Assembly: GCA_041492755.1 (NCBI GenBank)
Contig: JBGPXN010000092.1
Location: 1 to 16,766, forward strand
Length of the DNA stretch: 16,766 nt
Source of the DNA: Candidatus Methylomirabilia bacterium
GTDB lineage: Bacteria > Methylomirabilota > Methylomirabilia > Rokubacteriales > CSP1-6
Direction: 5' to 3'
How positions within the stretch are numbered: position 1 is the first letter of the stretch; every line of letters starts with the position of its first letter. The notes beneath the pieces were generated by a model, which had not been told where the DNA came from, searched no databases, and worked only from the letters and a program-made list of their open reading frames with translations. The position numbers and the translations under genes were made by a program. Positions 16,751-16,766 of this stretch are shown here, piece by piece.

Positions 16751-16766
16751 CCCGAAGGAGCGCGGC

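Overview
GC-rich bacterial window devoted to aromatic-acid catabolism. A minus-strand run from a near-consensus sigma70 promoter (9806-9834) encodes a three-subunit xanthine-oxidase-family molybdoenzyme resembling 4-hydroxybenzoyl-CoA reductase (hcrC-hcrA-hcrB), an XRE-cupin regulator, the benzoyl-CoA epoxide pathway genes boxC and boxB, and a RidA-family protein. A benzoate-CoA ligase follows and runs off the left edge, separated by a small opposite-strand membrane-protein gene with a sigma54-type promoter. boxA, boxD and a canonical boxR are not in the window. The right half holds an alpha/beta hydrolase, a PduO-type cobalamin adenosyltransferase, an MFS transporter, and a minus-strand UbiD / enolase-superfamily / MBL-fold trio. 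The intergenic DNA contains four copies of a palindromic repeat, a MITE-like element with 22-bp TIRs that holds one of those copies, and a related element apparently translated in frame in the regulator N-terminus. Other signals are a probable CTG start behind a two-state hairpin, a 23-codon ORF bridging hcrA and hcrB, and three probable leaderless genes. Repeat style and gene content suggest Candidatus Rokubacteria (Methylomirabilota), which is an unverified inference. All calls come from reading motifs by eye; no searches were run.
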